Under the pieces are notes generated by a model. It searched no databases, was not told where the DNA came from, and was given only the letters and a program-made list of their open reading frames with translations. 64,000 nt of DNA from an uncultured delta proteobacterium (GTDB lineage Bacteria; Desulfobacterota; Desulfobulbia; Desulfobulbales; Desulfocapsaceae), in the NCBI GenBank assembly GCA_963776075.1, contig CAVZLG010000010.1, forward strand, positions 104,500 to 168,499, written 5' to 3'. A program made the translations under genes and the position numbers. Shown here piece by piece: positions 63,308 to 64,000 of this stretch; positions within the stretch are counted from its first letter, which is position 1; each line of letters begins with the position of its first letter.

Positions 63308-63478
63308 TTAATTGCTGCTTGGTCTCGTTCCTGCGTACTTCTTCATCAGTGTGCTAAGTCCCGATACAGGCGTATTTTTCTGTTGCTTTTCAAGCTTGTC
63401 TCGTGTTTTCCGGTGAAGCTTATCGTCGCTCTGTTTCTGTTTCTTTTCCCTGTTTTTCTTCCCACCTTTGTCTCCCAT
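63308..63478 (-). CDS. possible small, highly basic protein (56 aa) upstream of hcp
   Basis: Own translation: MGDKGGKKNREKKQKQSDDKLHRKTRDKLEKQQKNTPVSGLSTLMKKYAGTRPSSN. GAGGAG lies 7 nt upstream of the ATG. Confidence 0.3.
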   Translation of the reverse strand: MGDKGGKKNREKKQKQSDDKLHRKTRDKLEKQQKNTPVSGLSTLMKKYAGTRPSSN

Positions 63479-64000
63479 GATCGTGCTCCTCTATTGATGA
63501 TGGTTTCAGAATATGTCAAATCAATCGATCGCAGCTTTACGAAATCTCTGCCATCTCACGCCATCCCATTTCATTAAAACACGCGCTAGGCAGCCTGTCA
63601 GCGCACCACATGACAGAAAAATGAGTAAATTTATTATGACCATTGCTTCTCCGTAAAAACTCTTCCATTCCAACCTGCTATCATGCTGGAACCTTTATGC
63701 CCGGGTAGATTTTCCCGGGTAAACAGGCTTGGTCATTACAACTCCCTCAACTGCACACACATGAATATATATGGCACGCTTGTATATGCAGGTCTTGTCA
63801 TTTCGACAGTTTTTGCGAAACTCACCAGAAAGGATCGTGACTGTCGACTTCGGCCATGTTTTTTCAAGTATATTTTCTGACTCTGGTAAGAAAGCCGACC
63901 GAAAGGCATGCAACGGGACGCTGTTCCGGTTTGATTTTGTAATCAAAATTGCAATATTAATGCCATACACCGCAGGTGCGAGGAGACGTCTTACGATCAT

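Noticed and set aside
63695-64000. Minus-strand ORF of 101 aa starting at the last bases of the window.
   Set aside because: It has no recognisable motifs and unusual composition, and its true 5' end may lie outside the window. Coding status cannot be supported.

Overview
64-kb chromosomal window, probably from an anaerobic deltaproteobacterial (Desulfobacterota-like) genome. That placement is an inference from gene content: hcp, a PrkA/YeaH/SpoVR cluster, many PAS/GAF/PilZ signalling proteins and UGA-selenocysteine recoding. About 55 protein genes are supportable.

Layout:
- 1-6.7 kb: ydi-like acyl-CoA cluster (acyl-CoA dehydrogenase, YdiF CoA-transferase, GntR regulator, crotonase, SDR, shikimate-dehydrogenase-like, MaoC).
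- 7.4-8.8 kb: PAS-LuxR regulator.
- 9.2-16.6 kb: prkA-yeaH-spoVR plus a second PrkA paralogue.
- 17.1-18.0 kb: GAF protein behind a c-di-GMP-I-like leader.
- 18.3-20.0 kb: FG-GAP propeller protein.
- 21.2-25.3 kb: ECF sigma / anti-sigma / TPR lipoprotein operon with a decayed, repeat-rich tail.
- 25.5-30.9 kb: methyltransferase, LysE, ureohydrolase, SSF and CaCA transporters.
- 31.1-35.6 kb: TPP-riboswitch thiamine salvage operon (thiM, thiE remnant, thiD, ThiXYZ-like ABC).
- 35.7-43.7 kb: otnC/otnK-like genes, hybrid histidine kinase, hydrolase, ttuC, alr.
- 44.3-46.3 kb: 670-aa TPR-like repeat protein.
- 46.5-48.1 kb: APH/P-loop kinase.
- 48.4-52.7 kb: HAD-PurM-like fusion with an ECF-type transporter.
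- 53-57.4 kb: PilZ-LysM and neighbouring genes.
- 57.4-61.5 kb: low-GC island.
- 61.6-63.2 kb: hcp.

Main second-look items:
1. Two genes the ORF track splits at in-frame TGA codons look like selenoproteins: an ArsM-type methyltransferase with two UGA codons, and a TlpA-like UxxC thioredoxin-fold protein. Each UGA is followed by a hairpin.
2. A translationally coupled operon joins a HAD-PurM-like fusion enzyme to an ABC ATPase whose two halves are degenerate in complementary ways, plus T and S components.
3. A GEMM-I-like riboswitch with an overlapping terminator sits upstream of the GAF gene.
4. Perfect 26-bp inverted repeats bracket the low-GC island.
5. There is an unannotated family of about 55-aa single-TM proteins (two paralogues).
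6. The ECF operon has a frameshift-ridden, stop-rich tail.

No tRNA or rRNA genes, CRISPR arrays, transposases or recognisable defence systems were seen. All homology statements rest on motif recognition by eye; no searches were run.
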